64,000 bases of DNA from Ignisphaera sp. Its GTDB lineage: Archaea; Thermoproteota; Thermoprotei_A; Sulfolobales; Ignisphaeraceae. Positions 28,264 to 38,875 of this stretch are shown here, one piece after another. The DNA is taken from positions 64,001 through 128,000 of the forward strand of contig JAWBDT010000001.1 in assembly GCA_038821645.1 (NCBI GenBank), read 5' to 3'. Position 1 is the stretch's first letter. Each line of letters opens with the position of its first letter. Under the pieces are notes generated by a model, which saw only the letters and a list, made by a program, of their open reading frames with translations, was not told the origin of the DNA and did not search any database. The translations under genes were made by a program, and so were the position numbers.

Positions 28264-30147
28264 CTATGTAGCAAGTTCCTCTACTTCTCTTGATAGATCT
28301 CTTCTTAAACTAAATTCTGCAACTCTTCCACTATTCCATGCTTTAACTGGTCTATAATATCCCACTATCCTGCTCCATAAATCCATAGGTGCTCCACAAT
28401 TTGAGCATCTAGTTACTCTACCTATAGATCTATGTCCACATGAAGGACATACAGCTACTGTGGGTGTTATAGACATATAGACTATGTCTGTTTCTCTAAG
28501 AGTTCTTGTAACAAATCTAGCTACAGTTTCAGGCGGAAGTTCTTTATCTACAAATATGTGCTTAATTACGCCACCTGTAAAGAGTTTCTGACACTGAGAT
28601 TCTATCTCTAGCTGATGTCTGAGATGTAGAGTTGTGTAAGGTGGTGTAAGCTGATTTGTATAGAAGGGGGTCTTTCTTCCATCAACTTCACCTACAGGTA
28701 TATATATAGAGAGATCTTCAGATCGAGTAAGCTCTTTAGCAAAGGATACATCTTTCCAAGCGAGTTTGACTCCTAGTGTTTCTCCTGGTACTTCTTCAAC
28801 ATTGTATAACACTTCATCTTCTTCTTCAAACTCCTGAAGCCTCTTGCTTATGTATCTAAGTATGTCACTATACAACTTAATAACCTTGGGTATATCAGAA
28901 GGCTGCATCTTTAGCCAGAGGAACGGGTTCCCCATCATTATAGATGCATATTCTGCCATGCCTATAACACCAATTGTGTTGTAGTAGAACTTGAATGGAT
29001 CAGTAGGATCTATGTATTCTTTAGTCATTGGATACATACCTTCTGCAAATAGTTTTTGATATCTAGCTCTAAACCACATAAGGGTTTCTCTACCAATCTC
29101 TAGTAACTCATCAAGTTTATCGTACATTCTCCTTTCATCTGATATTCTAGCAATCATGGCCAGTCTTGGTAAGTTGATTACGACGACATTTATGGATCCA
29201 ACTGATGGAGGCATATCCCACACACCTTTAGCTTGGTGTAGAATTTCTCTAACTCTACCCATATCGCTCAACAATCTACAGCAGAAGCTGAATAGGTCTT
29301 CAGCTTTGTGGCGATAACCGTTTAGGAAATACATTTGCCCGACTTTGGCAACCATACCCCAGAAGCTTTTTCCTAGATCCTCATCACTACTAAGTATCTT
29401 CTCCATATCGTTATTCATTATTGCTGTCGGTATAGGGAATGTGAATGGTTGATGGAGAGCATCTCCTTCAGCAAACACTTCTGTAAATGCTTTTAAGACC
29501 ATTTTAGCTTCATCGATATAGTTCTCGTAGGTATCTAAAACAAATCTAAACTTTTGTTCCGGTAAAGGTACTGGTTGACTTCTATAAAATTTATTACTTA
29601 TAGCGAAAACAACATTTGAGAAAGGACTTTGACCAGCTTTTAATGGGTAGTTCATGTTGAAGATGAAACGCTGAATGTTTTGTTTAACAGCTCTATAGTC
29701 GAGTTTGTCTCTTCTTATGAATGGAGCTAGAGTTACATCAATTCCATAAAGACCTATAGCACCTGTTCTCTCCTGGCTAAAGATGTAGGCAGCATTCATA
29801 ACTTGATCTACAGCAGAATCTAGGTGCCTTGGTGGTCTAGAAGCAACCGTAGGGGTTTTGAGACCTCTTTCCACAATAGGTTTAGAGTCTATTCCACCAC
29901 AATAAGGCTTAACTATAGATCCATCTCTAATCTTATATATATAGATCCATCCATCTTCATGAAGCCTAAGCGAATCCATTGGCAGAAGCCTTAGTGTCTC
30001 CTCATAGAGAGCTGAACCTAGGACATGGCTCAGCAAACCGGTTACAGCTTTAGGTACATTAGCATTATCTTTTACAGCCCATTCATAACTACTTAAATAC
30101 TCTTCAATAGCGGAACTTTCAAGTTTTTGTAATACCATGATAATCAT
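28264..30147 (-). CDS. nrdD: Anaerobic (class III) ribonucleoside-triphosphate reductase
   Basis: PYC, PFTFPIPT, SFCCRL finger loop, VGSINVVVINLPR, CxxC/CxxC Zn site, glycyl-radical loop SRIVGYYRPV..WN. Confidence 0.93.
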   Translation of the reverse strand: MIIMVLQKLESSAIEEYLSSYEWAVKDNANVPKAVTGLLSHVLGSALYEETLRLLPMDSLRLHEDGWIYIYKIRDGSIVKPYCGGIDSKPIVERGLKTPTVASRPPRHLDSAVDQVMNAAYIFSQERTGAIGLYGIDVTLAPFIRRDKLDYRAVKQNIQRFIFNMNYPLKAGQSPFSNVVFAISNKFYRSQPVPLPEQKFRFVLDTYENYIDEAKMVLKAFTEVFAEGDALHQPFTFPIPTAIMNNDMEKILSSDEDLGKSFWGMVAKVGQMYFLNGYRHKAEDLFSFCCRLLSDMGRVREILHQAKGVWDMPPSVGSINVVVINLPRLAMIARISDERRMYDKLDELLEIGRETLMWFRARYQKLFAEGMYPMTKEYIDPTDPFKFYYNTIGVIGMAEYASIMMGNPFLWLKMQPSDIPKVIKLYSDILRYISKRLQEFEEEDEVLYNVEEVPGETLGVKLAWKDVSFAKELTRSEDLSIYIPVGEVDGRKTPFYTNQLTPPYTTLHLRHQLEIESQCQKLFTGGVIKHIFVDKELPPETVARFVTRTLRETDIVYMSITPTVAVCPSCGHRSIGRVTRCSNCGAPMDLWSRIVGYYRPVKAWNSGRVAEFSLRRDLSREVEELAT

Positions 30148-30535
30148 CCTGTGGTAAATATATCTAGTGTGAAACCTAGTTATACATCCTTACGCTGAAT
30201 TATATCCAGAGAGAGTTAGCTGAAAATAATATTACACAGAAAATACTTTTGTAATACCTATGCTATTTAATTGGCTTTATCCATAAACAAAGCTTTTGTA
30301 GTGTATGTACTTAAGGACTCGAGACTTATTCTAATTCTCCAGTAGCCTCACTACCTTAGTTAATCTCGCTAAGAGTTTATTCAATAATTTCAATGTTTTC
30401 ATCAATGTATTTACAACTTTACTACTGCTTTAACTCTAGAGCATCTGTACTGTGGAATGGTATAGACATTAGTCTATAAAGATTTTCATATATTTTTAAA
30501 AGTTGATTATATGTAGGAAGTCTCTGGTATAGGTT

Positions 30536-30808
30536 ATGAGCTTTACAGAATATGTAGTCGAGTTCATATTGATAGTCTATCTTTTTTCTGCTATAATGTT
30601 TTTAATTAGAATTGTTAGAGGACCAACTATATTTGATAGAATTGTTGCTGTAGATGCTTTAAGTTATGATCTTACTGTATTTATGGCGTTGATAGCTTTC
30701 TATGTAAATAGACCTTTAGTAGCTACACCTATGATGCTCATAGCTCTTTGGGCTTACGCTCTAGATGTATGTATATCTAGAGCTTTGAGACATAGAGATA
30801 TGGGTTGA
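30536..30808 (+). CDS. mnhF: Mrp/Mnh Na+/H+ antiporter subunit F
   Basis: RIVRGPTIFDRIVAVD; 3 TM segments. Confidence 0.9.
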   Translation: MSFTEYVVEFILIVYLFSAIMFLIRIVRGPTIFDRIVAVDALSYDLTVFMALIAFYVNRPLVATPMMLIALWAYALDVCISRALRHRDMG

Positions 30809-30813
30809 TATAG

Positions 30814-31185
30814 ATGCTACAGCTATTTGTAGAAGCAGTTGAGCTTGTAGGTATTGTTCTTTTACTTATCGGAGGATTCTTTGAGCTTACTGGAGCTATA
30901 GGTGTACTCAGATTACCTAACTTTTTTTCAAGAATTCATGCAGCTACAGCTTCAGCTATAGGTGGAACTGTAGTTCCTTTGATTGGTTTAGCTCTAGTTG
31001 CTCTAGCTCAGATCGAAATGGGTTGGGAGAGAGTGTATCTAGCATCACTATGTATTGTTTCAGCCATACTGATACTACTGGTAGCACCAGCAGGTAGTCA
31101 AGCTCTTATGAGGGCAGCATATATGTCTAGATACAGAGAGATAGAAGATGATGAGGCTGAAGCTACAGAGAGGGAGTATAGATGA
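30814..31185 (+). CDS. mnhG: Mrp/Mnh antiporter subunit G
   Basis: GAIGVLRLPNFFSRIHAAT, APAGSQALMRAAY. Confidence 0.9.
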   Translation: MLQLFVEAVELVGIVLLLIGGFFELTGAIGVLRLPNFFSRIHAATASAIGGTVVPLIGLALVALAQIEMGWERVYLASLCIVSAILILLVAPAGSQALMRAAYMSRYREIEDDEAEATEREYR

Positions 31186-31430
31186 TACTGCCTCTCTTAG
31201 TTGTATTAATAGCTTCGTTTTTCTCGGTAGTCGCAGCATATCTAACTGTTGTCGAAAAAGATCTTTTGACGGCTGTAGTTTACTTATCTCTTCTAGGTGT
31301 ATGCTATACAATCATATACTATGTACTTATGGCTCCTGATATAGCTCTAGCCTACATCCCTATATCTACAGTCATTTTACCGGTTGTATTGATAATTGTG
31401 TTGAGAAAGACCAAGAGGTATGAAGAATGA
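31182..31430 (+). CDS. MnhB-related small subunit (DUF4040/MbhD-like)
   Basis: KDLLTAV...YYVLMAPDIALA; ATGA overlaps with the genes on both sides. Confidence 0.85.
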   Translation: MILPLLVVLIASFFSVVAAYLTVVEKDLLTAVVYLSLLGVCYTIIYYVLMAPDIALAYIPISTVILPVVLIIVLRKTKRYEE

Positions 31431-32251
31431 CTAAGGTTAGTAGAAGGATGAGAAATCTGGTTGTAGCGATATCGCTAGGGATTTTCGCGATATCTCTTGG
31501 AGTAGCTCTTAGTGTAGGACATTTAGGTATTCTACCAGCTAGAGAGTTGAGGAAGCTTGCTCAAAACATTTTAATCAATACCTATAATCCATGGAATCAA
31601 ACACTAACTTCATATTCATTAAATGCTGTTTCAGCTATTATATGGGATTACAGAGGTATAGATACAGTATTTGAAACAATGGTGCTTTTTGCTGCTGTTG
31701 TAGGTGTTTCACTTCTGTTTCGTGATGTTCATAAAGAAAAGGTGAAGAATCGTGTAATGCCGTTTACCATCAAAATCTCTACACAATTGATAGTACTAGT
31801 TACTATAGTAATTGCTTTATCGTTAGCTGTTCACGGTCATTTAACACCTGGAGGGGGGTTTCAAGCGGGAGCTGTTATAGCTACAGCTATAGCTTTAAGC
31901 ATAATCGTTTTCTCTCTAGATGTTCTACATAGAATAGGTTTATCAACTAAATTTCTTCTAGGAATACGGTTAGTATCTTTATTGCTCATACTATTCACAG
32001 CTTTACTACCTCTATTCACATTGTTAATAACTAATACTTGGGCATATATCATGCAGAATCAAGTAAAAACTGACTCACAATTCTCTATGCCAAATATGTT
32101 TCTAAATACTCCTTTAGCGGGATCGATATTTCTCTTCAATTTATTTGAATTTGCAGCAGTAGCTACAGCATTCTCATATGTATTGATACTCTTTGTTATG
32201 TATAGAGAAAAAAGACATGCCATAGACAAGTTGAAGGAGGATATCAATTGA
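31427..32251 (+). CDS. mnhB: Mrp/Mnh antiporter subunit B (fused MbhE/F-like)
   Basis: NAVSAIIWDYRGIDTVFE, HGHLTPGGGFQAG. Confidence 0.9.
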   Translation: MTKVSRRMRNLVVAISLGIFAISLGVALSVGHLGILPARELRKLAQNILINTYNPWNQTLTSYSLNAVSAIIWDYRGIDTVFETMVLFAAVVGVSLLFRDVHKEKVKNRVMPFTIKISTQLIVLVTIVIALSLAVHGHLTPGGGFQAGAVIATAIALSIIVFSLDVLHRIGLSTKFLLGIRLVSLLLILFTALLPLFTLLITNTWAYIMQNQVKTDSQFSMPNMFLNTPLAGSIFLFNLFEFAAVATAFSYVLILFVMYREKRHAIDKLKEDIN

Positions 32252-32670
32252 CGCAAGAACTTCTATCCATGATTTTCACAATCGCCGTAGTAGCATTTGT
32301 GGTCAATATAGTTGTGGCGTCTTATGGTATATTTGCTAGACATTCTGTATTGAAGAAAATTATGTCGCTCGTTATATTCTCTGATTCTATAAATATTCTT
32401 GCTATATCGCTTGGTTATAGAGTTGTCGAAAGAGGCTATCCTTCACCTCCAATAATCAGTATAAAGCCTCAGAATCCAGAGGATCTAGGTGTTGTAGTAT
32501 CTTCTGCTGTAGATCCACTTCCTCAAGCATTTGTCTTAACAGCTATAGTTATAGGTCTCTCTATCACGATATTTCTCCTCGGATTATCCGTGCTATACTA
32601 TAGCTATTTTGGAACAGACGATATAAGGGTTTCTCTTAAGGAGAAAGAAGATGAAGAGGATATGGAATAA
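32248..32670 (+). CDS. mnhC: Mrp/Mnh antiporter subunit C
   Basis: KKIMSL, DPLPQAFVLTAIVIG. TTG start. Confidence 0.9.
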   Translation: MTQELLSMIFTIAVVAFVVNIVVASYGIFARHSVLKKIMSLVIFSDSINILAISLGYRVVERGYPSPPIISIKPQNPEDLGVVVSSAVDPLPQAFVLTAIVIGLSITIFLLGLSVLYYSYFGTDDIRVSLKEKEDEEDME

Positions 32671-33154
32671 GATTGTTATCTCTATCTTTGTATTCATTCT
32701 ATACATAGCATTTACAGGATTTGCTACAGAATTGACTATCATTTCAGGACTAGTACTTTCAATTACTGTAGCTATAGCTACTGAAGCAAAGCTTATCGAA
32801 AGAGAGCTGAATATTAATGATATAGCTAGGCTACTCTATCTCTTCAAATACTTGCTAAGATTCATCGTCATAGAGCTTAAAGAACATATAGAGATAGCTA
32901 AAATAGTATTTAGCAGAAAGGTAAAACTCGAACCTAAGGTAGTAAAGATACCTATTGATCTTAGATCTAGCTATGGTATAGCTTTCTTGGCATCAACAAT
33001 CACAAATACTCCAGGAACAATAGTAATACATATTGATAGTAATAGAGGGAATCTATATATACATTGGCTTACTCCAAAATCTGAAGATCTTAGTGAAGTG
33101 AAGAAAATTATTGTTGGAGATCTTGAGAACATTATAAAGAAAATATTTGAGTGA
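32651..33154 (+). CDS. mnhE: Mrp/Mnh antiporter subunit E
   Basis: LASTITNTPGT, LYIHW. Confidence 0.88.
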   Translation: MKRIWNKIVISIFVFILYIAFTGFATELTIISGLVLSITVAIATEAKLIERELNINDIARLLYLFKYLLRFIVIELKEHIEIAKIVFSRKVKLEPKVVKIPIDLRSSYGIAFLASTITNTPGTIVIHIDSNRGNLYIHWLTPKSEDLSEVKKIIVGDLENIIKKIFE

Positions 33155-33160
33155 AGAGCT

Positions 33161-34723
33161 ATGGCTATGGCTATTGAGGTAGGGGTTATATCGCTCCTAT
33201 ACCTGATTTCATCAGTAATTATTGCTCTTCTGCACACGATTTCAGTTAGAGAAAGATTAATTGATTTAATAGCAGCTACTTTAGCATTAATTGGTTTGCT
33301 ACTCAATATAAAGATCTTCATGTACGTAAATTCCATAGGTTTACTAGTTTATAGATTTGGTGGATTTCCACCACCGTTGGGCGTAATCTATGTAGTAGAT
33401 GGTATTAGCTGTATATTAGCTCTGCTAGCCTCTTTTGCATTACTTCTATCGCTCTTGTTTTCAATTCAATTCATAGAACCAAATGTAAAGGCTCTATACT
33501 ATGTTCTAGCATTTCTACTTACTTCAGGTGTGGTTGGATCTCTCTTTACAGGAGACATATTTAATCTCTATGTATCTATAGAGCTTGTAGCTATATCGTC
33601 CTACGCTATAACTAGTATCCATAAAGATAATCCAAAAGCTATTAGAGCAGCAATAATCTATGGTATTAGTGGAACTATTGTTACATCATTTCTACTTCTA
33701 GTTACATTTATGGTTTATGGTTCTTATGGAACACTAAATATGGCTGATATAGCTCTAAAAGCTTCTAATATAGAAGCAGAGGTTGTTTTCTCTGGTAATG
33801 TTTATGGAGATATAGTTTTCATCTCCAAGATTGTATTAGCATTAGCTACATGGGTTTTTCTTTTTAAATCTGGTATAATGCCTAACCATTTCTGGCTTCC
33901 AGAAGTATACAAAGTTGCACCTCTACCAGCTATAGCCATCTTCACAGCATCAGCTGATATAATCGGTATCTATGGTTTAATTAGATTCTATTACACGATA
34001 TTCGGTATAGATACTCTTGTTAAAGATTTTAGAAATACTCTCCTAATTTTGCTCATGATTATCGGCGGAATGTCTACAATAGTTTCAGCAGCTTTTGTAT
34101 CTAGACAGAATAGTATACGTAAATTAGTGGCATATAGCTCTATATCTCAATTCAGTTTATCTTTACTCGGTGTAACGATAGGCATTGGTGAAGCAATTGG
34201 TGGAGTCATTCTACATTTGATTTCAAATGGGTTAGGAGATATGTCTATAATATTTAGTGCTGCAACTATAAAACGTGTAGCCAGAGGTAAGTGTAGTAAT
34301 AGATCAATGATAATTATTCCATACATAGCTCTAGTTATAGGTTTATTGAATCTCTTTGGAATAATACCTCTTCTACCAGGTTTTTGGAGCAAAACATATC
34401 TAGCTATGGGGTTCGTTAAAGCAGGGTTTCCTCAGGGAGCTGCTATAGTTCTTATATCAACAGGTCTTTGTGCACTAGGATATATGAGGATGATTATCAG
34501 ATACTTACCTAGAGCTTCAGATTCGTCTGTATGTATCAATAATAATGGTGTTTCTAGAGAACTTGTGCTACCTTTGACTATATTGATTATCTTAGTAATA
34601 GTAACTATTGTTTTAGGTATTTTTCTCACGGCACATAATTATGTGAGAGATATTTTCGTATCATATGGATATATGGTTATGGATAGCAAAAGATACATAG
34701 ATATAGTGTTTTCAGATAGCTAG
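33161..34723 (+). CDS. mnhD: Mrp/Mnh antiporter subunit D-like (NuoM/N family)
   Basis: GGFPPPLGVIYVVDG, GDIFNLYVSIE, GTLNMAD, KSGIMPNHFWLP, AYSSISQ, PGFWSK. Confidence 0.88.
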   Translation: MAMAIEVGVISLLYLISSVIIALLHTISVRERLIDLIAATLALIGLLLNIKIFMYVNSIGLLVYRFGGFPPPLGVIYVVDGISCILALLASFALLLSLLFSIQFIEPNVKALYYVLAFLLTSGVVGSLFTGDIFNLYVSIELVAISSYAITSIHKDNPKAIRAAIIYGISGTIVTSFLLLVTFMVYGSYGTLNMADIALKASNIEAEVVFSGNVYGDIVFISKIVLALATWVFLFKSGIMPNHFWLPEVYKVAPLPAIAIFTASADIIGIYGLIRFYYTIFGIDTLVKDFRNTLLILLMIIGGMSTIVSAAFVSRQNSIRKLVAYSSISQFSLSLLGVTIGIGEAIGGVILHLISNGLGDMSIIFSAATIKRVARGKCSNRSMIIIPYIALVIGLLNLFGIIPLLPGFWSKTYLAMGFVKAGFPQGAAIVLISTGLCALGYMRMIIRYLPRASDSSVCINNNGVSRELVLPLTILIILVIVTIVLGIFLTAHNYVRDIFVSYGYMVMDSKRYIDIVFSDS

Positions 34724-34780
34724 ACTATAGAGTTAAAAGTTATACATTAAGAGAATTGATGTAGCTAAGAGGTGCAATAA

Positions 34781-36256
34781 ATGATTGACTCAATAGTAAT
34801 GAGGTTCGTAGTGCCTATGACGCTGATGCTCATAGGTAATCTATTTATGGCGAGAAGAATTATATATGGATCTATTCTCAGAATATTGAGCTTCCTATCT
34901 CTTTCAATAAATCTATGGGGAGAAGATCTATTCAATAGCATGCTTGTAGCTACATCCATAGTTATAGGTGTTGTTCTTGCTCTCTATACAACTAGTTATT
35001 CGAGATCAAAATATGGAACACTAACACTTGTACCTATTATCGATCTACTTCTTCTATCAATATTGTTTACCTTCATATCGAGAAATTTAATAGAATTTGT
35101 CACATTTTGGTTATTAGGTGAATTGCTGGGATTCTTGTTGATAGCTTATGACTATATCTATAAAGGTGATACAATCTCTATGGCAGCCGCAATAAAGTAT
35201 CTATTGTTCTCTATGGTTCCAACTGATATATCTATCTTCATACTTCTAGCTATTACAGGTTTAACAGAAGCATTTACAACACCTTTGAAAAGTCTATCAC
35301 TATTTATTACAGATCCTATCGTGCTTATACTAATTCTTTTTGGTTTTTTTGCAAAAGCAGCTATATTTCCTTTACATTTCTGGCTACCAGATGCTCATTC
35401 AGTAGCTCCATCACCAGCTTCAGCAATTCTATCAGGACTCATGGTTAAGATGGGGATATACGCTCTATATATGCTGAGTTTCTACTCCATAGATAGAGCA
35501 TTATTTAGTTCTATAGCCTTGTTCTCTGGACTTTTGACAACTCTTTATGGAGCTATGCAAGCATCTTTACAACGTGATATCAAAAGACTTTTAGCCTATA
35601 GCACTACATCTGAAACATCTATAATAGCTGTTCTAATAGCTCTATATGTGATGTCTGGTGACATATTGTTTATAGAAGCATCAACTCTGTATACTGTTGC
35701 TCACGCAATATACAAGGTATCGATGTTTATGGATTCTGGATTCATAGAACTTGTAGCTCATGAGAGAGATATTAGAAGGCTTGGATATATATACAGGATT
35801 AGCCCTACAGAATCTCTTGCTACATTACTATCGATTATGGCTGTTCTAGGGATGCCACCTTCTATAGGATTCTTAGCTAAAGTGTTTATGTTTTCTGCGA
35901 TTTCGCATAACATTACGTATTCATGGATATATGTAGTTGTTTTAGTTATAGCAGCAGTTAAGGTCTCACTATCCATCGTGTATAACATAATCTATTTCAA
36001 GGCCCACATGGATCGCAGAGAACCAATGATGACAGGTTTGGGGTTAGGTGATGCTCTTCAGCTACAGAAATACACATTAATGATCTCGATATCCTCTTTC
36101 ATATTCACCTTCACTATATATATATTGAACTGTATGAGATATACTGAGCTTATGTTGCTTAGAAAACTTTCCTATCTACTGATAATATCTATGACTATGT
36201 TTGTAGCACTAATCTATATGCTATATAATCTCATTAGACATAATGTAAGAAGCTGA
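34781..36256 (+). CDS. Second antiporter-like subunit (MrpA N-terminal/NuoL/HyfB-like)
   Basis: AKAAIFPLHFWLPDAHSVAPSPASAILSGLMVKMG, DIKRLLAYST, HAIYK, GMPPSIGFLAK. Confidence 0.88.
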   Translation: MIDSIVMRFVVPMTLMLIGNLFMARRIIYGSILRILSFLSLSINLWGEDLFNSMLVATSIVIGVVLALYTTSYSRSKYGTLTLVPIIDLLLLSILFTFISRNLIEFVTFWLLGELLGFLLIAYDYIYKGDTISMAAAIKYLLFSMVPTDISIFILLAITGLTEAFTTPLKSLSLFITDPIVLILILFGFFAKAAIFPLHFWLPDAHSVAPSPASAILSGLMVKMGIYALYMLSFYSIDRALFSSIALFSGLLTTLYGAMQASLQRDIKRLLAYSTTSETSIIAVLIALYVMSGDILFIEASTLYTVAHAIYKVSMFMDSGFIELVAHERDIRRLGYIYRISPTESLATLLSIMAVLGMPPSIGFLAKVFMFSAISHNITYSWIYVVVLVIAAVKVSLSIVYNIIYFKAHMDRREPMMTGLGLGDALQLQKYTLMISISSFIFTFTIYILNCMRYTELMLLRKLSYLLIISMTMFVALIYMLYNLIRHNVRS

Positions 36257-36261
36257 TATCC

Positions 36262-37167
36262 ATGTCGATAAACGAACATGATAAAGTTATGTACTCGATC
36301 ATAAACTACATGAAGATGTATCTAGTTGCTGTAGCGTTATTTGCAACAACAATGGGTCTCTTAGTCAGAAGCTATGTAGCTATAGAAGCAGGGTTTAAGA
36401 TATCTATTGTTGTATTGTTTACAATAGCTGTAGAACGCATGATATATACACATAGGGTTGAGATAGTTTCTACAGTATCCATAGTCTCGATAGCGATAAC
36501 AGCATTTTACTTCATTCAACACGCTAAAGATTTCATAGGCTTGGTTGCTTATGTAATGTTATCTATAGTGTTCTTAATCATGAATGAGAAAAACGGGAGA
36601 AAGATCAACACATTGTTGGATATAGTATCACTAAACATTATGTTATACTATATCGCTACATCATTATTTTTAGTAACTAGAGACTCGTTAACAGTTTTAG
36701 AAACACTAACAATCATTGCCATAACTACACTATTTGTGGTTAAAACATATTGTATAAAATCTAAAGCTTTCTACAAAGTACATGAATTAAGTAGATATCT
36801 AATACATACCCTTGGTACGAATATCGACAAAATCTTCAATACACTCTCTGAGAAACTTCTTAAGAATAAGCAGAAAACAGAAGCAATCTCAAGAAGATTA
36901 TCGAATAGTGTTACAAAAGTTCTACAGAATCTAGCTCATATAGACATACCTTTTATCATTATTGAATTAAAAACTATAGAATATATGATGACAATATCTA
37001 AAAAGTTTCTTGAATTCGAGAAATATATAGAAAATCTATTGATAAAGATATTTTCAGCTTTAGAAAGAATTCAGCATTCTATGGAGCACTCATTTCTATT
37101 CTTTGTATTCTTGATGAGCATATTAATACTCATATCAATGATGTTCTATATATTGTTGCATATCTAA
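36262..37167 (+). CDS. Hypothetical membrane protein ending the Mrp operon
   Basis: Several TM helices, a long amphipathic helix and a C-terminal TM; starts 5 nt after the upstream gene. Confidence 0.65.
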   Translation: MSINEHDKVMYSIINYMKMYLVAVALFATTMGLLVRSYVAIEAGFKISIVVLFTIAVERMIYTHRVEIVSTVSIVSIAITAFYFIQHAKDFIGLVAYVMLSIVFLIMNEKNGRKINTLLDIVSLNIMLYYIATSLFLVTRDSLTVLETLTIIAITTLFVVKTYCIKSKAFYKVHELSRYLIHTLGTNIDKIFNTLSEKLLKNKQKTEAISRRLSNSVTKVLQNLAHIDIPFIIIELKTIEYMMTISKKFLEFEKYIENLLIKIFSALERIQHSMEHSFLFFVFLMSILILISMMFYILLHI

Positions 37168-37594
37168 CCATCTGAATCACAAACATTATCTATTACAAAA
37201 GACTTTTTATAGAATCAAGACATACATAGATACAATGCTTACAGACATATATACAGTAGTGATGCGCTTCATCACATTTAGATATATGTAAGCATCTTCA
37301 GAAGAGTGCTAGGTTTACATCAATTTCTTTTAGATCGATAACTTGTGTCAGAAATACGTCACATATGTTTTTACTGAACATAATAGTATGTTTATAGGGT
37401 GTAGTAAGGTTTGTGGTATCTATCTGATTTGAGTATCTTTTTAGTCTATATCTGAAGTATCGATAGAAGTATCTTTAATGAATTTAAAATACTTTAAAAG
37501 ATAAATTGCTTCAAGCTTTACTTGTGCATTTAACTACACTAACTCAAAGTATCTTTAACCTCTGCAGCATAAAGCTAGTGGATAGGTCGTTAAA

Positions 37595-38875
37595 ATGAGT
37601 GAACAGTTACAAGTAGATCTTGTTGTAAAAGAATTCAAAGATATATTCAGATCTAAACATGAAGTTGTTGTTTCTGCACCTGGTAGATTAGATTTCCTCA
37701 ATACTCATCAAGATTATAAAGGTTTACCCGTAGTTGCTGTTGGTATAGATCTTAGAACATATGTAGCAATTAGACGAAGTGGAGATAGACTTTTGATTGT
37801 AGGTTCTGGTAACATGCTTGACGAAGGCTCTAGATATCTGGATATCTTTTCAGTAGATGCTCCAAATCTTATTGATTCACCTAAATGGTTTGGAAATTAT
37901 GTTCGTGCAGCAGTTTCAGTACTTAAAGAAGATGGATATAGTATAGATGGTGCAAGAATCTGGATACGTAGCTGGATACCAATGGGTTCTGGATTAGGCA
38001 GCAGTGGCACGTTATTAGTTTCTCTTATTGGTGCTTTCAACGAGTTATTCGGGTTTGGTCTAGATACTAAAGCTATAGCTGAATATGCCTATAGAGCTGA
38101 GCACGATATTATGGGGATACCTTGTGGAAGATTAGATCAGTATGCAGCAGCTTTTGGAAATATTGTATATATAGAGACTAGACCTCCCTACAATATAGAT
38201 ATACTAAATCTCTCTGGAGGATTTTTTGCTGTTATTGATACAGGTATTAGGCATAGTACAGCAGAAATTCATCCCAAGAGGCAGAAAGAGATTGAGGAAG
38301 GTCTATCTAAACTAGTGGATATAGTTCCTAGAGATTTAAAGGAGCTTCTTGGCCTAAGGTATTGGGAGCCTAGGTGGGAGTACCTAGATCTAACTACCTT
38401 AATACCATACATAAAACTTCTTGACGAAAAACCTAGAGATAGAATACTCTATACACTAAAGTCTCATAGATCTACTATTCTTGCTCTAAAGGCCATAAAG
38501 GGAAGAGCTATTGATGTTGAAGAGATTTCAGAAACACTTGAAGTGGAGATAAACAGAGCTAGAGAATTATTGAACAAAGGTGTTCTAGATGTTGTTGGTG
38601 AAGTTATGACATATCAGCATAAGCTCCTTAGCAAACTTTATGATGTGAGTCTACCTCAAATAGATTCTCTAGTTGAGAAACTAATAGAGTTTGGAGCCTT
38701 AGGAGCAAAACTTTCTGGAGCTGGTTTAGGAGGAGCTGTTATAGCTCTCTTTAGAGATAAAGAGACTGCTGAAAAAGCAGTTAAAAACATTATAGACTCT
38801 AGATATGGTGTACGTGGATGGATTGTTAAAATAGATAGAGGCCTTACTGTTCATGGTGATGATTATGAGGGATAG
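37595..38875 (+). CDS. galK: Galactokinase (GHMP kinase)
   Basis: APGRLDFLNTHQDY, IPMGSGLGSS, CGRLDQ, GAKLSGAGLGG. Confidence 0.88.
   Translation: MSEQLQVDLVVKEFKDIFRSKHEVVVSAPGRLDFLNTHQDYKGLPVVAVGIDLRTYVAIRRSGDRLLIVGSGNMLDEGSRYLDIFSVDAPNLIDSPKWFGNYVRAAVSVLKEDGYSIDGARIWIRSWIPMGSGLGSSGTLLVSLIGAFNELFGFGLDTKAIAEYAYRAEHDIMGIPCGRLDQYAAAFGNIVYIETRPPYNIDILNLSGGFFAVIDTGIRHSTAEIHPKRQKEIEEGLSKLVDIVPRDLKELLGLRYWEPRWEYLDLTTLIPYIKLLDEKPRDRILYTLKSHRSTILALKAIKGRAIDVEEISETLEVEINRARELLNKGVLDVVGEVMTYQHKLLSKLYDVSLPQIDSLVEKLIEFGALGAKLSGAGLGGAVIALFRDKETAEKAVKNIIDSRYGVRGWIVKIDRGLTVHGDDYEG

Noticed and set aside
30536-37167. Membrane-bound hydrogenase (Mbh/Mbx) operon
   Set aside because: No NiFe large/small subunit, NuoH-like or Fe-S subunit genes are adjacent.
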